Below the pieces are notes generated by a model that had not been told where the DNA came from, ran no database searches, and worked only from the letters and a program-made list of their open reading frames with translations. A stretch of 64,000 bases of DNA from an uncultured Actinomycetota bacterium (GTDB lineage Bacteria > Actinomycetota > Actinomycetes > Streptosporangiales > Streptosporangiaceae), in the NCBI GenBank assembly GCA_963736325.1, contig CAVTOG010000002.1, forward strand, positions 98,741-162,740, written 5' to 3'. The position numbers and the translations under genes were made by a program. Positions 1 through 11,209 of this stretch are shown here, piece by piece (the stretch's first letter is position 1; every line of letters begins with the position of its first letter).

Positions 1-2
1 TG

Positions 3-206
3 TGGTGCGGCTGGCAGATCATGCGCGGCACGTCACGGTGGTGGCTGCGTACGCTCGGCGCCGCCTACCCGGCCTTCATCGTCGTCGTCGTGATCGGCAC
101 GGCCAACCACTACGTGGCCGACGCCGTCGCCGGGCTGATCGTGATCAGCATCGGCGCGGCGGCGGCGCGACTCAGCCGCCGTGCACGCGGCTACGCGTTG
201 TTCTGA
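3..206 (+). CDS. 3' end of PAP2-family (inositol-phosphorylceramide-synthase-like) membrane protein; partial, starts left of window
   Basis: Open frame from the window edge (WCGWQIMRG...) with VVIGTANHYVADAVAG, the typical C-terminal T(A)NH(Y)xxD motif of PAP2_3 proteins. Confidence 0.75.
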   Translation, partial: WCGWQIMRGTSRWWLRTLGAAYPAFIVVVVIGTANHYVADAVAGLIVISIGAAAARLSRRARGYALF

Positions 207-415
207 TCGCCGTGCGCGGCCTTCTCCTCCTGGCGGCGCTCCCAGTCGGCCTGGCGGAGGTCTTCCTCGCGAGGCGCCTGGATACGGGCGAGCCGTTTGT
301 TCATCGAACGGACCAGGAAGAAGAGGGTCACGCCGAGCGCGGCGACGATGACGAACGCGAGCACCCCGGGGGTGACCTGGTCTTCGTTGACCGCGAGAAC
401 CATCATGGCAGGCAC
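191..415 (-). CDS. small single-TM membrane protein downstream of mca
   Basis: 74 aa, VTPGVLAFVIVAALGVTLFFLVRSMNKRL. Overlaps the mca stop; a similar small gene follows mca in actinomycetes. Confidence 0.75.
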   Translation of the reverse strand: MPAMMVLAVNEDQVTPGVLAFVIVAALGVTLFFLVRSMNKRLARIQAPREEDLRQADWERRQEEKAAHGDQNNA

Positions 416-1296
416 ACCTTCTCATGGACGCCGGTGAACAGGTCGTTCTCCGGCAGCTCCGTGTCGACCAGCGAACGTGCCAAATGGTAGTCCTCGGTCG
501 GCCATGCCTCGCGCTTGATCGCCGTGGGGCTGGCGAAGAAGGGGCCGTTGGGGTCGATCTGCGTCGCGTGCGCGATCAGCGCACGGTCGCGCACTTCGAA
601 GTAGTCGGCGCACGGCACTCGCGTGGTGATGTCCCACTTGACCGGGCGGTCCTCCCACCTGCGGAGCGTCTCGTCGAACGGCGACTCGATGCCCGCACGC
701 AGCATCGCCTCGTGCTCGGCGAGATAGCGCTGCTTGTGGAAGGTCATGTGGTAGTAGAGCTTCAGCGGCTGCCAGGGCTCTCCGGTGCCGGGGTAACGGT
801 CGGGGTCGCCGGCCGCCTCGAACGCCTCCACCGACACCTTGTGACACATGATGTGGTCGGGGTGGGGGTAGCCGCCGTTCTCGTCGTAGGTGAGGATCAC
901 GTGCGGCCGGAACTCGCGTATCGCGCGTACCAGCGGCTCGCTCGCGACGTCGAGGGGCTGCACGGCGAAGCAGTCCTCGGGCAGCGGCGGCAGCGGGTCG
1001 CCCTCCGGCAGGCCCGAGTCGACGAAGCCCAGCCACTGCTGCTCGACGCCGAGGATCTCCCTCGCGCGCGCCATCTCCTCCATCCGCACCGCCGCGAGAT
1101 TCGCCCGGACCTCGGGCCGCTCCATCGCGGGGTTGAGGATGTCGCCGCGCTCACCCCCGGTGCAGGTGATGACGACGACCTGCACTCCCTCGGCCGAGTA
1201 GCGGGCCATGGTCGCCGCACCCTTGCTGGACTCGTCGTCCGGGTGGGCGTGCACGGCCATCAGGCGCATGGGCTCCAGGCACGAGGTCTCGGACAA
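403..1296 (-). CDS. mca: mycothiol S-conjugate amidase
   Basis: AVHAHPDDESSKG, YDENGGYPHPDH and AHATQIDP motifs. TTG start at 1296 is preceded by a GGGGAG RBS. Adjacent to DUF4307-greA as in other actinobacteria. Confidence 0.95.
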   Translation of the reverse strand: MSETSCLEPMRLMAVHAHPDDESSKGAATMARYSAEGVQVVVITCTGGERGDILNPAMERPEVRANLAAVRMEEMARAREILGVEQQWLGFVDSGLPEGDPLPPLPEDCFAVQPLDVASEPLVRAIREFRPHVILTYDENGGYPHPDHIMCHKVSVEAFEAAGDPDRYPGTGEPWQPLKLYYHMTFHKQRYLAEHEAMLRAGIESPFDETLRRWEDRPVKWDITTRVPCADYFEVRDRALIAHATQIDPNGPFFASPTAIKREAWPTEDYHLARSLVDTELPENDLFTGVHEKVCLP

Positions 1297-1418
1297 CTGT
1301 GACTCCCCGTAAGCGTATTGTCGTATCCGTCGGCAGAGCGGCCCCGGATCACCGGCACCGAACCCGTCCAGGATGATTCTCCCTGAGAACACCGACAGAC
1401 CGCACGGAGATTCCCGTC

Positions 1419-1787
1419 ATGAACGCGAGCACCACCAAGGGCACACGAGGGAACGTGGTGGCCTATGCGGTCATCGGGGCGTTCGTCGGCCTGTGCGCCA
1501 TCGGGTGGGCCATCATCGTCGCCCACACCGAGGGCACGCCCGGGATCACCCCGCAGATCGTGTCCTGGCAGACCAGCGCCCGTTCGGTCCGCGTGCACTA
1601 CGAGGTCTCCAAGCCCAAGACCGACGACGTGCGCTGCGCGATCGTCGCCTATGACACGTCGCACGGAGAGGTGGGCCGGGTGGAGGTGGACGTTCCGCCC
1701 GGCACGTCGAGCGTCGACACGAGGCGCGATGTTCCGACGTCGTCCCTCGCTACCGCCGTGGACGTACGGGAGTGCCATAGAGGTTAA
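1419..1787 (+). CDS. DUF4307-like membrane-anchored protein
   Basis: N-terminal TM helix, V-R-C-A-I-V-A...EVGR pattern and terminal Cys; conserved position between mca and greA. Confidence 0.8.
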   Translation: MNASTTKGTRGNVVAYAVIGAFVGLCAIGWAIIVAHTEGTPGITPQIVSWQTSARSVRVHYEVSKPKTDDVRCAIVAYDTSHGEVGRVEVDVPPGTSSVDTRRDVPTSSLATAVDVRECHRG

Positions 1788-1920
1788 AACAGCCTCCACT
1801 TTGGGGAACAAACAAGAACGTCATAACGCCACAAAGCTCTCGTGCGCTGGCTACTTCACATTTGAATGCCGGTAGCCTTGAGAGTTCTACGGCCGCACTT
1901 CACGTGGATGAGGAGTACCC

Positions 1921-2421
1921 GTGACCGAGACCCGCGACGCCAACGTCACCTGGTTGACCCAGGAGGCGTACGACCGGCTGAAGCAGGAGCTGGACCACCT
2001 CACGGGCCAGGGACGGATCGACATCGCCGCCAAGATCGAAGCGGCCCGTGACGAAGGCGATTTGAAGGAGAACGGCGGCTACCACGCCGCCAAGGAGGAA
2101 CAGGGCAAGCAGGAGGGCCGCGTCCTCCAGCTCCAGCAGATCCTTCTCAATGCCCGCGTGGGCGAGGCACCCCGCACCGAAGGGGTCGTCGGCCCCGGCA
2201 TGACCGTGACGATCCAGTTCGCGGGAGACGACGAGGAGGTCACCTTCCTGCTCGCCTCACGCGAGGAGAGCGGCTCTCCGATCGACGTCTACTCCCCGAA
2301 GTCGCCGCTGGGCGCGGCGATCAACGGCAAGAAGGTCGGCGAGAAGGCGAAGTACCAGATGCCGAACGGCCGCAGCATGGCCGTGGAGATCCTGGACGCC
2401 ACGCCGTACGCCGGCACCTGA
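1921..2421 (+). CDS. greA: transcription elongation factor GreA
   Basis: WLTQEAYDRLK, ARDEGDLKENGGYHAAKEEQ and YSPKSPLG motifs; AGGAG RBS before GTG. Confidence 0.97.
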   Translation: MTETRDANVTWLTQEAYDRLKQELDHLTGQGRIDIAAKIEAARDEGDLKENGGYHAAKEEQGKQEGRVLQLQQILLNARVGEAPRTEGVVGPGMTVTIQFAGDDEEVTFLLASREESGSPIDVYSPKSPLGAAINGKKVGEKAKYQMPNGRSMAVEILDATPYAGT

Positions 2422-2441
2422 GCGAGCGCCGCCGCCCGCGG

Positions 2442-2912
2442 TCATGACACGCGCGCGGCGGCCCGCACCAGCGGCAGCGTCCGCTGATGCACGGGTGTGG
2501 CCAGCGCGATCACGGTCGACGCACGGCGCACGCCCTTCACATCGACGATGAGGTCGATGACCCGCTGCAGGTCCTGGTTGCCACGGCCCACGATGCGGCA
2601 GAGCATGTCCCCACCCCCGGTGATCGTGTGCGCCTCGATCACTTCCGGGATGGCCGACAGCAGTGCCGCGACCGGGTCGTGGCCGCCCGCCTGCCGGATC
2701 TCCAGGGTGATGAACGCGGTGACCTGGTAGCCGAGGGCGGCCGGGTCGACCTCCGGACCGAACCCCCGGATCACTCCGCGTTCCTGCATGCGGTCGATCC
2801 GCGCCTGGACCGTGCCCCGCGCCACCTTCAGCCGCCGCGAGCACTCCAGCACCCCGATGCGGGGCTCTTCCGTGAGCAGCTCGATCAGCCGGGCGTCAAG
2901 ACCATCGATCAT
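2442..2912 (-). CDS. Lrp/AsnC-family transcriptional regulator, divergent from hppD
   Basis: N-terminal HTH (LECSRRLKVARGTVQARIDRM), C-terminal RAM domain (IPEVIEAHTITGGGD). Confidence 0.92.
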   Translation of the reverse strand: MIDGLDARLIELLTEEPRIGVLECSRRLKVARGTVQARIDRMQERGVIRGFGPEVDPAALGYQVTAFITLEIRQAGGHDPVAALLSAIPEVIEAHTITGGGDMLCRIVGRGNQDLQRVIDLIVDVKGVRRASTVIALATPVHQRTLPLVRAAARVS

Positions 2913-2940
2913 CGCTCATCCTCGGCAATCCGTAGTCAGG

Positions 2941-4191
<1,251 letters not shown>

Positions 4192-4279
4192 TCAACGCGA
4201 GCCCAAGGGCGGCCAAAAGGAGGGTGCGCGCCGGGCGCGGCGCGGCACCTGCCGTACCGGCCGCGCGCACCGTGGCCGC

Positions 4280-4864
4280 ATGACCCAACCGCCCGGCCGG
4301 CCGGGACACCGCGAGCAAGCCCCGCCGTACGTCGACGACCCCGAGGTCACCGAGCCGGGCACACCACCGGACCTGCCGTACGGGCCCGAGGTCACCCGGC
4401 CGCGCTTCGAGTACGGCGGCCGATGGCGGCGGCTGCTCGCGGCGATCATCGACGGCCTCATCGTGTACGTCGTGACCTGGCTGATCACCGCCCCCATCGC
4501 CGGGCTCGGCTCGATGTACGACCGGCCCACCGGCCGCCAGATCGTCGCGGATCTGATCACCCTCATCCTGGCCTTCGCCTACTTCGTCGTGCAGCACGGC
4601 CGGTGGGGGCAGACGCTCGGCAAGCGCGCGATGAGCCTGCGGGTCGTCCGCGCGGACGACGCCGGCCCGATCACGTACGGGCAGGCCGGCTGGCGGCTGC
4701 TGTTCCAGTACATCGTCTCGTTCGTCACCTGCGGTGTCGGCGGGCTCGTCGACGTCGCGTGGATCCTGTGGGACGAGCGGCGCCAGGCCCTGCACGACAA
4801 GGTGGCCAAGACGGTCGTGGTCGCGGTGGAGCCCGGCCGGCCGGACCCGTACGCCGCCCGGTGA
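4280..4864 (+). CDS. RDD family membrane protein
   Basis: Pro-rich N-terminus, RRLLAAIID, GQTLGKRAMSLRVV and RQALHDKVAKTVVV. Confidence 0.9.
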   Translation: MTQPPGRPGHREQAPPYVDDPEVTEPGTPPDLPYGPEVTRPRFEYGGRWRRLLAAIIDGLIVYVVTWLITAPIAGLGSMYDRPTGRQIVADLITLILAFAYFVVQHGRWGQTLGKRAMSLRVVRADDAGPITYGQAGWRLLFQYIVSFVTCGVGGLVDVAWILWDERRQALHDKVAKTVVVAVEPGRPDPYAAR

Positions 4865-6261
4865 GGCCGCTGCCGATCATCGCTTGCGCGTTGCTCTCGC
4901 TGGCCACGGCGGGCTGTTCGGCTCCGCACCGCCTGACCGCGCCAGAGGACGTCCCGGCGGCGGGCGCCGTGAGCGCGGGCGACCCGTACGCGCCGGGTGA
5001 TGGCAACGGCGGGTACGACGTGCGGAACTACGCCCTCGACCTGCGCGTCAGCCCGCACGCCACGCTCCCGCTTGCCGGAACCGCGACGATCACTGCGGAC
5101 GCCACCGAGCCGCTGTCCCGCTTCGACCTGGACCTGACCGGCCTCACGGTCTCCAGGGTCACGGTCGGCGGCGTGCCCGCGTCGTTCTCGCGAACGCCCG
5201 GAGAGCTCGTCGTCGTTCCGGCGAAACCCCTGCCCAGGGGCAGGTTCGTGGTCGTCGCCGCCTACTCCGGCACGCCACGCGAGATCCACGACCCGCTCCT
5301 CGGCCGGTACGGCTGGACGCCGACGCACGACGGGGTGTTCATCGGGGATCAGCCCAGCGGCGCGCACACGTGGTTCCCCTGCGACGACCATCCCACCGAC
5401 AAAGCGAGCTTCGACTTCCGGATCACCGTGCCCCGTGGCCTGACCGCGATCGCGAACGGCGAGCTCACCGGCACGAGCGCGGCCGGCGACTGGACGACCT
5501 TCACGTGGCGCGAACGCCGGCCGATGGCGACGTACCTGGCAATGGCCGACGTGGGCCGTTTCACGGTCCGCACCGGACGTACGCCCGCGGGCGTCCCGGT
5601 GTACGTGGCGGTCGACCCGTCCGTCGCATCGGTGGGGATGAGTACCCTGTACAGCGAGACCGTGCAGGTCACGGACTTGTGGGCCACATATTTCGGCCCG
5701 TATCCCTTCGAGTCGACCGGCGGCGTCATCGACGACGCCCCGGTCCGATTCGCCCTTGAGACCCAGAGCAGGCCGGAGTACGCCGCGGGCATCACCGCCT
5801 CCCCCTCCGTGATCGCACATGAGCTGTCGCACCAGTGGTTCGGCGACAGCGTCACCCCCGCCCGGTGGAGTGACATGTGGCTGAGCGAGGGCTTCGCGAC
5901 GTACGCCGAATGGCTCTGGGACGCCCGTCAAAGCGGAGGTGTGCCGGTGCGGCGCCAATTCGACATCCGTTACGCCGACCGGACCGGTGCTCTGTGGAAC
6001 GTCGCCCCCGCGGCGCCGGGACGCCGGGGACTCTTCGGCCGGTCGGTGTACGAACGCGGTGCGATGACGCTCCAGGCCCTGCGGCAAAAGGTCGGGGATG
6101 CCGGATTCTTCGCGATCCTGCGTTCCTGGGCCGCCGAGTACCGCTACTCCAACGCCACGACGCCGCAGTTCATCGCACTCGCCGAGCGCGTCTCGGGGCG
6201 GCGGCTCGACGGGTTCTTCCACACCTGGCTGTACGCGAGGGGCCGGCCGTCGCGCTGGTGA
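4861..6261 (+). CDS. M1 family zinc aminopeptidase, lipoprotein
   Basis: GTG overlaps the RDD stop (GTGA). Lipobox TAGC, GDPY..GNGGYDV, FALETQ and HELSH-x18-E (WLSEGFATY). Confidence 0.9.
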   Translation: MRPLPIIACALLSLATAGCSAPHRLTAPEDVPAAGAVSAGDPYAPGDGNGGYDVRNYALDLRVSPHATLPLAGTATITADATEPLSRFDLDLTGLTVSRVTVGGVPASFSRTPGELVVVPAKPLPRGRFVVVAAYSGTPREIHDPLLGRYGWTPTHDGVFIGDQPSGAHTWFPCDDHPTDKASFDFRITVPRGLTAIANGELTGTSAAGDWTTFTWRERRPMATYLAMADVGRFTVRTGRTPAGVPVYVAVDPSVASVGMSTLYSETVQVTDLWATYFGPYPFESTGGVIDDAPVRFALETQSRPEYAAGITASPSVIAHELSHQWFGDSVTPARWSDMWLSEGFATYAEWLWDARQSGGVPVRRQFDIRYADRTGALWNVAPAAPGRRGLFGRSVYERGAMTLQALRQKVGDAGFFAILRSWAAEYRYSNATTPQFIALAERVSGRRLDGFFHTWLYARGRPSRW

Positions 6262-6345
6262 GCCTTGTGAAGCGGACTTCGGCAGGAGGATGCTGTCGGC
6301 TGCGGTCCGGCTTTTCCGCGACTTGAGACAAACGGGAGACTACGC

Positions 6346-7776
6346 ATGGCGAGGATCACCTCACGGGCCTTGGCGATCACCGCGGCCGCCGCGGCGCTCG
6401 GCCTGCTCGGCCCCACGGCGGTGGCCGGCACTCATCACAGGTTCACGCCCGGCTCGCCCGGCGACGGCGACTCGTACTTCCCCGACATGGGGAACGGCGG
6501 CTACGACGCCCAGCACTACGACTTGAGGCTGTCATACGACCCCGGTACGAAGGCCATCGACGCGGTCGCGAAGATCAAAGCCCGTGCCACGCAGGACCTC
6601 TCCCGCTTCGACCTGGACTTCCTCGGCCCCCTGAAGATCAGCAAGGTGACCGTCGACGGCCGGAGTGCGGCCTACACCCGCACCGGCGCGCAGGAACTGG
6701 TCATCACGCCCGAGCGCGGGCTGCCCCGCGGCCGGGACTTCGACGTCGAGGTCGCCTACTCCGGCGTGCCGCAGCTGATCAACGACAAGTCTCTCGGCGT
6801 CTCCGGCTGGATCGCCACGCACGACGGCGCGGTGGCGCTGTCGCAGCCGTTCGGCTCGGCGACCTGGTACCCCGTGAACGACACCACCCACGACAAGGCG
6901 ACCTACGACTTCACCATCACGGTGCCCAAGGGGCTGAAGGTACTGGCCAACGGCGACCCGGCCGGTGAGTTCACGCGCGGCGCGTCGACGACGTTCCGCT
7001 GGGCCGACCGCCGGCCGACCGCCAGCGAGCTGGTCCTCCTCGCGATCGGCAACTTCGCGGTGAAGGACTCCCGTACGAAGACGGGCCTGCGCAACATCAC
7101 CGCCGTCGACCCGGCCGCGGTCAAGGCGGGCACCGACGTGAACACCGCCTCCGACGCCTTCAACAAGGCCACCGCCGACGTCATCGACTGGGAGCAGAAG
7201 ATCTACGGCCGCTTCCCGTTCTCCTCGGTCGGCGGCATCGACGTACTCGCCCCGAATGTCGGCTACTCCCTGGAGACCCAGGGCCGGCCCGTGTACGCCC
7301 GCAGCAGCGCCGGCGCGCTGCCCTCGGCCGACCTGCTCGCCCACGAGCTGGGCCACCAGTGGTTCGGCGACGACATCACGCCCTTCGAGTGGAAGCACAT
7401 CTGGCTGAACGAGGGCTTCGCCACCTATACCGAGTGGCTCTACAGCGAGCAGCACGGCGGCCAGACCGCGCAGCAGGCCTTCGACACGGCGTACAAGTCG
7501 CCGAGCAGGGACTGGAGCGGCAAGGTCGCCGACCCGGGCCGCGACCACATCTTCGACGACCTGGTGTACACGCGCGCCGCGATGACCCTGCACCAGCTGC
7601 GGAAGACCATCGGCGACCCCGCGTTCTTCCTGCTGATCAAAGCCTGGCCGGCCTTTCACGCCTACGGCAACGACACGACCGACGAGTTCATCGCCTTCGC
7701 CCAGCACTTCACGCGGACGAACCTCACGCCGCTGTTCCAGAAGTGGGTGTTCACCGAAGGCAAACCGGCTCTCTGA
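6346..7776 (+). CDS. M1 family zinc aminopeptidase, secreted
   Basis: Signal peptide, GDSYFPDMGNGGYD, YSLETQ and HELGHQWFG...WLNEGFATY. Confidence 0.92.
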   Translation: MARITSRALAITAAAAALGLLGPTAVAGTHHRFTPGSPGDGDSYFPDMGNGGYDAQHYDLRLSYDPGTKAIDAVAKIKARATQDLSRFDLDFLGPLKISKVTVDGRSAAYTRTGAQELVITPERGLPRGRDFDVEVAYSGVPQLINDKSLGVSGWIATHDGAVALSQPFGSATWYPVNDTTHDKATYDFTITVPKGLKVLANGDPAGEFTRGASTTFRWADRRPTASELVLLAIGNFAVKDSRTKTGLRNITAVDPAAVKAGTDVNTASDAFNKATADVIDWEQKIYGRFPFSSVGGIDVLAPNVGYSLETQGRPVYARSSAGALPSADLLAHELGHQWFGDDITPFEWKHIWLNEGFATYTEWLYSEQHGGQTAQQAFDTAYKSPSRDWSGKVADPGRDHIFDDLVYTRAAMTLHQLRKTIGDPAFFLLIKAWPAFHAYGNDTTDEFIAFAQHFTRTNLTPLFQKWVFTEGKPAL

Positions 7777-7784
7777 GACGAGGC

Positions 7785-7817
7785 GAACGCCTCCGGCCCG
7801 CGCGGCCGGGGGCGTTC
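7785..7817. terminator. hairpin terminator between convergent genes
   Basis: GAACGCCTCCGGCC-5nt-GGCCGGGGGCGTTC inverted repeat. Confidence 0.75.
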
Positions 7818-7819
7818 CG

Positions 7820-9031
7820 TCAGCTGAACCTCAAGGTGTAGCCCTCGCCGCGCAGGCGTCCGAGCACCTCGTCGCAGTGGGCCGGGCCGCGCGTCTCCAG
7901 GTGGAGCAAGACCTCGGCCTCGTCCAGGTCGAGCCGGGCGCCGACCCGCTCGTGCACGACGTCGATGACGTTGACCTCCATCTCGGCCAGTTCGGCGAGA
8001 AGGTCGACCAGGGCGCCCGGGTGGTCACGCAGCCGGGCGCGGAACACCAGGTAGCGGCCTGCCGCCGCGAGACCGTGCCGCAGCACCTTCGCGAGCAGCA
8101 GCGGGTCGATGTTGCCGCCGGACAGCACGGTGACGACCGGAGGCTGGAAGGCCTTCGGCTGGTCCAGCAGCGCGGCGACGCCGACCGCGCCGGCCGGCTC
8201 GACGACCTGCTTGGAGCGTTCGAGGCAGTTGAGCAGCGCCTGGGAGATCGTCTCCTCCGACACCGTCACCACCGAGTCGACCAGCTTGGACACCAGCTCG
8301 AACGTGAGGTCGCCGGGGCGTCCGACCGAGATGCCGTCGGCCATGGTCGTGGCCGGCTTGACGACGACCGGGCGGCCGGCGGCGAGCGACGGCGGGAAGG
8401 CCGCCGCCTGGCTCGCCTGCACGCCGACCACGCGCACATCGGGGCGTACGGCCTTGACCGCGGCGGCGACTCCGGCGACCAGGCCTCCCCCGCCGACGCC
8501 CACGAGGATCGTCCGCACGTCCGGGCACTGCTCGAGGATCTCCAGGCCGATGGTGCCCTGCCCGGCCACCACGTCTGGGTGGTCGAAGGGGTGGATGAAG
8601 ACCGCGCCGGTCTCCTTCGCGTACGCCTTGGCGGCCTCCAGGCAGGCGTCCACGCCGTCCTTCTCGAAGACCACCTCGGCCCCGTACGCCCGGGTGGCGA
8701 CCACCTTGGGCAGCGGCGCGCCCTCGGGCATGAAGACGACGGCCTTGCTGCCCAGCAGGCCCGCGGCCAGGGCCACGCCCTGGGCGTGGTTGCCGGCGCT
8801 CGCCGCGACGACTCCGCGTCCGCGCTCCTCGTCGCTGAGCCTTGTGATGCGCACATACGCGCCGCGGGTCTTGAACGATCCGGCGCGCTGGACGTTCTCG
8901 CACTTGAGGAACACCGGCCCACCGATCTTGGCCGAAAGAGACCGGGACTCCAGGATCGGCGTGGTCACGATCACACCGCGCAACAGCTCCTGTGCTGCGC
9001 GTATGTCATCGATACCGACGAGACCACTCAT
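7820..9031 (-). CDS. ilvA: threonine ammonia-lyase with C-terminal ACT domain
   Basis: KCENVQRAGSFKTRGA (PLP Lys), ASAGNHAQGVA, HPFD, GVGGGGL and SGGNID; ACT domain LRDHPGAL. Confidence 0.93.
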   Translation of the reverse strand: MSGLVGIDDIRAAQELLRGVIVTTPILESRSLSAKIGGPVFLKCENVQRAGSFKTRGAYVRITRLSDEERGRGVVAASAGNHAQGVALAAGLLGSKAVVFMPEGAPLPKVVATRAYGAEVVFEKDGVDACLEAAKAYAKETGAVFIHPFDHPDVVAGQGTIGLEILEQCPDVRTILVGVGGGGLVAGVAAAVKAVRPDVRVVGVQASQAAAFPPSLAAGRPVVVKPATTMADGISVGRPGDLTFELVSKLVDSVVTVSEETISQALLNCLERSKQVVEPAGAVGVAALLDQPKAFQPPVVTVLSGGNIDPLLLAKVLRHGLAAAGRYLVFRARLRDHPGALVDLLAELAEMEVNVIDVVHERVGARLDLDEAEVLLHLETRGPAHCDEVLGRLRGEGYTLRFS

Positions 9032-9095
9032 AGTGCAGAGTCTTTCATGGCCCGATCATGAAGCCCCTTAGAGCGTCCGGAATACGAGATCCGGA

Positions 9096-10019
9096 TCAGT
9101 CCGCGGTCCAGTAGCGGTCAGCGCCGAAGATGAAGGCCGCCGCTCCGATGAGCCCCGCCATCTGCCCGAGCGCGGTCGGGACGACGCGGACCTCGCGGGC
9201 GTAGTCCATACGGGCGTGCGCGCGGAAGGTCTCCTCCAGCGGGCGGAGCAGCATCGGCCCCGCCTGGGAGAGCCTGCCGCCGACGGCGACGACCTCCAGG
9301 TCGCACAGGTGCGTCGCGGAGGCGATCGCCACGCCCAGCGCCCAGCCGGCGCGGTTCATGGCACGCACCGCGATCGGGTGGCCGCGGGCGGCGTCGTCGG
9401 CCAGCTCCTTGCCGGTCTCGCCGGTCCATCCCTGCTCGCGCGCCCACGCCGACAGGCCGGGTCCGCGCGCGATCGCCTCCAGGCAGCCGCGCCCGCCGCA
9501 CTCACAGACCGGGCCGTCGGGGTCGACGATGACGTGCCCGATGTGCCCGGCGTTGCCGCTCGCCCCGTGGACCAGGCGACCGCCCAGGATGAGGCCGCCG
9601 CCGACGCCCGCCGACACGACCATGCCGAGGACGTTGTCGCGGCCACGGCCCGCTCCGCGCCAGTGCTCGCCGACGGTGACCGCGACGGCGTCGTTGTGCA
9701 CGCGTACCGGCAGGTCCGGGTACAGCTCCATGAGCCGGTCCCGCAGCGGGAACCTCTGCCAACCGGGCATGTTGAGCGGCGAGACGGTGCCGGTCGGCCA
9801 CGCCATCGGGCCGCCGCAACCCACCGCGACACCCGACAGGGGCACGTCGGGCAGCTTCTCGACCACCGTGAGCAGGGTGCGCCAGAGGCTGTCGGCGTCG
9901 ACGTGGGGCGGCTGCGGGGTGCCGATGCGCTCGTACGCCGCGACGCGCCCTCCCGCCTCGACCAGCGCGGCGGCCATCTTCGTACCGTCGATGTCGATGG
10001 CGAGGGCGGGTGGCTTCAC
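9096..10019 (-). CDS. ROK family sugar kinase
   Basis: AIDIDGTK, VHNDA, GNAGHIGH and CECGGRGCLE zinc motif; no N-terminal HTH. Confidence 0.9.
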   Translation of the reverse strand: MKPPALAIDIDGTKMAAALVEAGGRVAAYERIGTPQPPHVDADSLWRTLLTVVEKLPDVPLSGVAVGCGGPMAWPTGTVSPLNMPGWQRFPLRDRLMELYPDLPVRVHNDAVAVTVGEHWRGAGRGRDNVLGMVVSAGVGGGLILGGRLVHGASGNAGHIGHVIVDPDGPVCECGGRGCLEAIARGPGLSAWAREQGWTGETGKELADDAARGHPIAVRAMNRAGWALGVAIASATHLCDLEVVAVGGRLSQAGPMLLRPLEETFRAHARMDYAREVRVVPTALGQMAGLIGAAAFIFGADRYWTAD

Positions 10020-11209
10020 GCGTCGCCTCCCTTGGCGCCCGGCCCGAACGCGAGGATCGACGCGGTGAACCCGTGCACGTGGTTGCGCCCCCCGACGGGG
10101 CCGATCTCCCCGGCGGCGAAGAACCCGCCGATCCCGGACGTGCCGAGGACGCTGCGGAGGAGACGCACGTCGTGGTCGGAGTTGGGGTACATCGCCCGCC
10201 CGCGCCCGGTGCAGGAGAACAGCAGCGCCCCTTCGACCGGCGCGAGGTCGAGGTCGCCGAGCCGGAGCGTGAGGTCCTCGTCGGCCACTCCGGCGTCGCG
10301 CACCTGGAAGCGGACCGTGCGTCCGACGTCGATGACGTCGCCCGTGGCTATCGCGCCGGCCGCGGGATCGGCGCCCACGACGCTGCGGACCAGGAAGTCG
10401 CCGTGGTCGTGCTCGTCGGCGTACTCGTCGATGGCGACGCCGATCAGCAGGCCGCCCTCGATGAGCTCGCGTTCCTTCTCCGGGAGCCCGGACACGACCT
10501 CTTCCAGCTTGGTCAGCGCGGGCGAGCCGGCCAGCTCGTACAGGACGTTGTCCTCCGACCGGGTGACGACCATGGGCGGGCCGACCGGCCGCGCGCCCTG
10601 GCTGACGACCATCGAGGTCATCACCGAGCCGCCGAGGAGCACGCCGACCGCGCCGGAGTCGACGACCTCTCCGTCGGCGAACAGGCGTGCCGCGCCGCGC
10701 CCGCCCTGCCCGGTGGCCAGCCCGCCGACCAGCGGCAGGCCCGGCAGGACCTCGCCGGAACGCTCGACGAACGCGTCGACCGGGAAGGTGTACGGGTCGG
10801 CGAGCAGGACGGCGACCACGTCGTCGTCGCTGGTCTGCGGCATACCGACCACCGCGAGCCGCTGCACGGCCTCGGGGTCCTCACCCGGGAACTTCAGGGT
10901 CTCCAGCCGGAACGGCTCGACACGGGCCTCCGGCAACTGCGCCGCCCAGGCGCTGACCGCGCTGGAGTCCTCCACTCCATGATTGCCCCCGATGACGCCG
11001 GGGGCTCCGCAGCCGATGACGTTGGGGGTGCCGGCGACCTCCATGGCCCGCCTGGCAGCGCTCTCGACGGCGTCGAGGGACTGCGAGCACACGAACACGA
11101 AGACGAGGTCGGGTGGGCCGTCGAGCGGCGTCCGGGCCTGCGTCACCGCGGACTCCGCGGCCGCGACGAGGTCGGGACCGACGGCCAAACCATCACCGAA
11201 GCGCGCCAC
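10016..11209 (-). CDS. FIST N/C-domain signal-transduction protein
   Basis: LLADPYTFP, PLVGGLA, VSQGARPVG, VRFQVRD, LLFSCTGRG and GFFAAGEIGP...HGFTAS motifs. Confidence 0.9.
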   Translation of the reverse strand: MARFGDGLAVGPDLVAAAESAVTQARTPLDGPPDLVFVFVCSQSLDAVESAARRAMEVAGTPNVIGCGAPGVIGGNHGVEDSSAVSAWAAQLPEARVEPFRLETLKFPGEDPEAVQRLAVVGMPQTSDDDVVAVLLADPYTFPVDAFVERSGEVLPGLPLVGGLATGQGGRGAARLFADGEVVDSGAVGVLLGGSVMTSMVVSQGARPVGPPMVVTRSEDNVLYELAGSPALTKLEEVVSGLPEKERELIEGGLLIGVAIDEYADEHDHGDFLVRSVVGADPAAGAIATGDVIDVGRTVRFQVRDAGVADEDLTLRLGDLDLAPVEGALLFSCTGRGRAMYPNSDHDVRLLRSVLGTSGIGGFFAAGEIGPVGGRNHVHGFTASILAFGPGAKGGDA

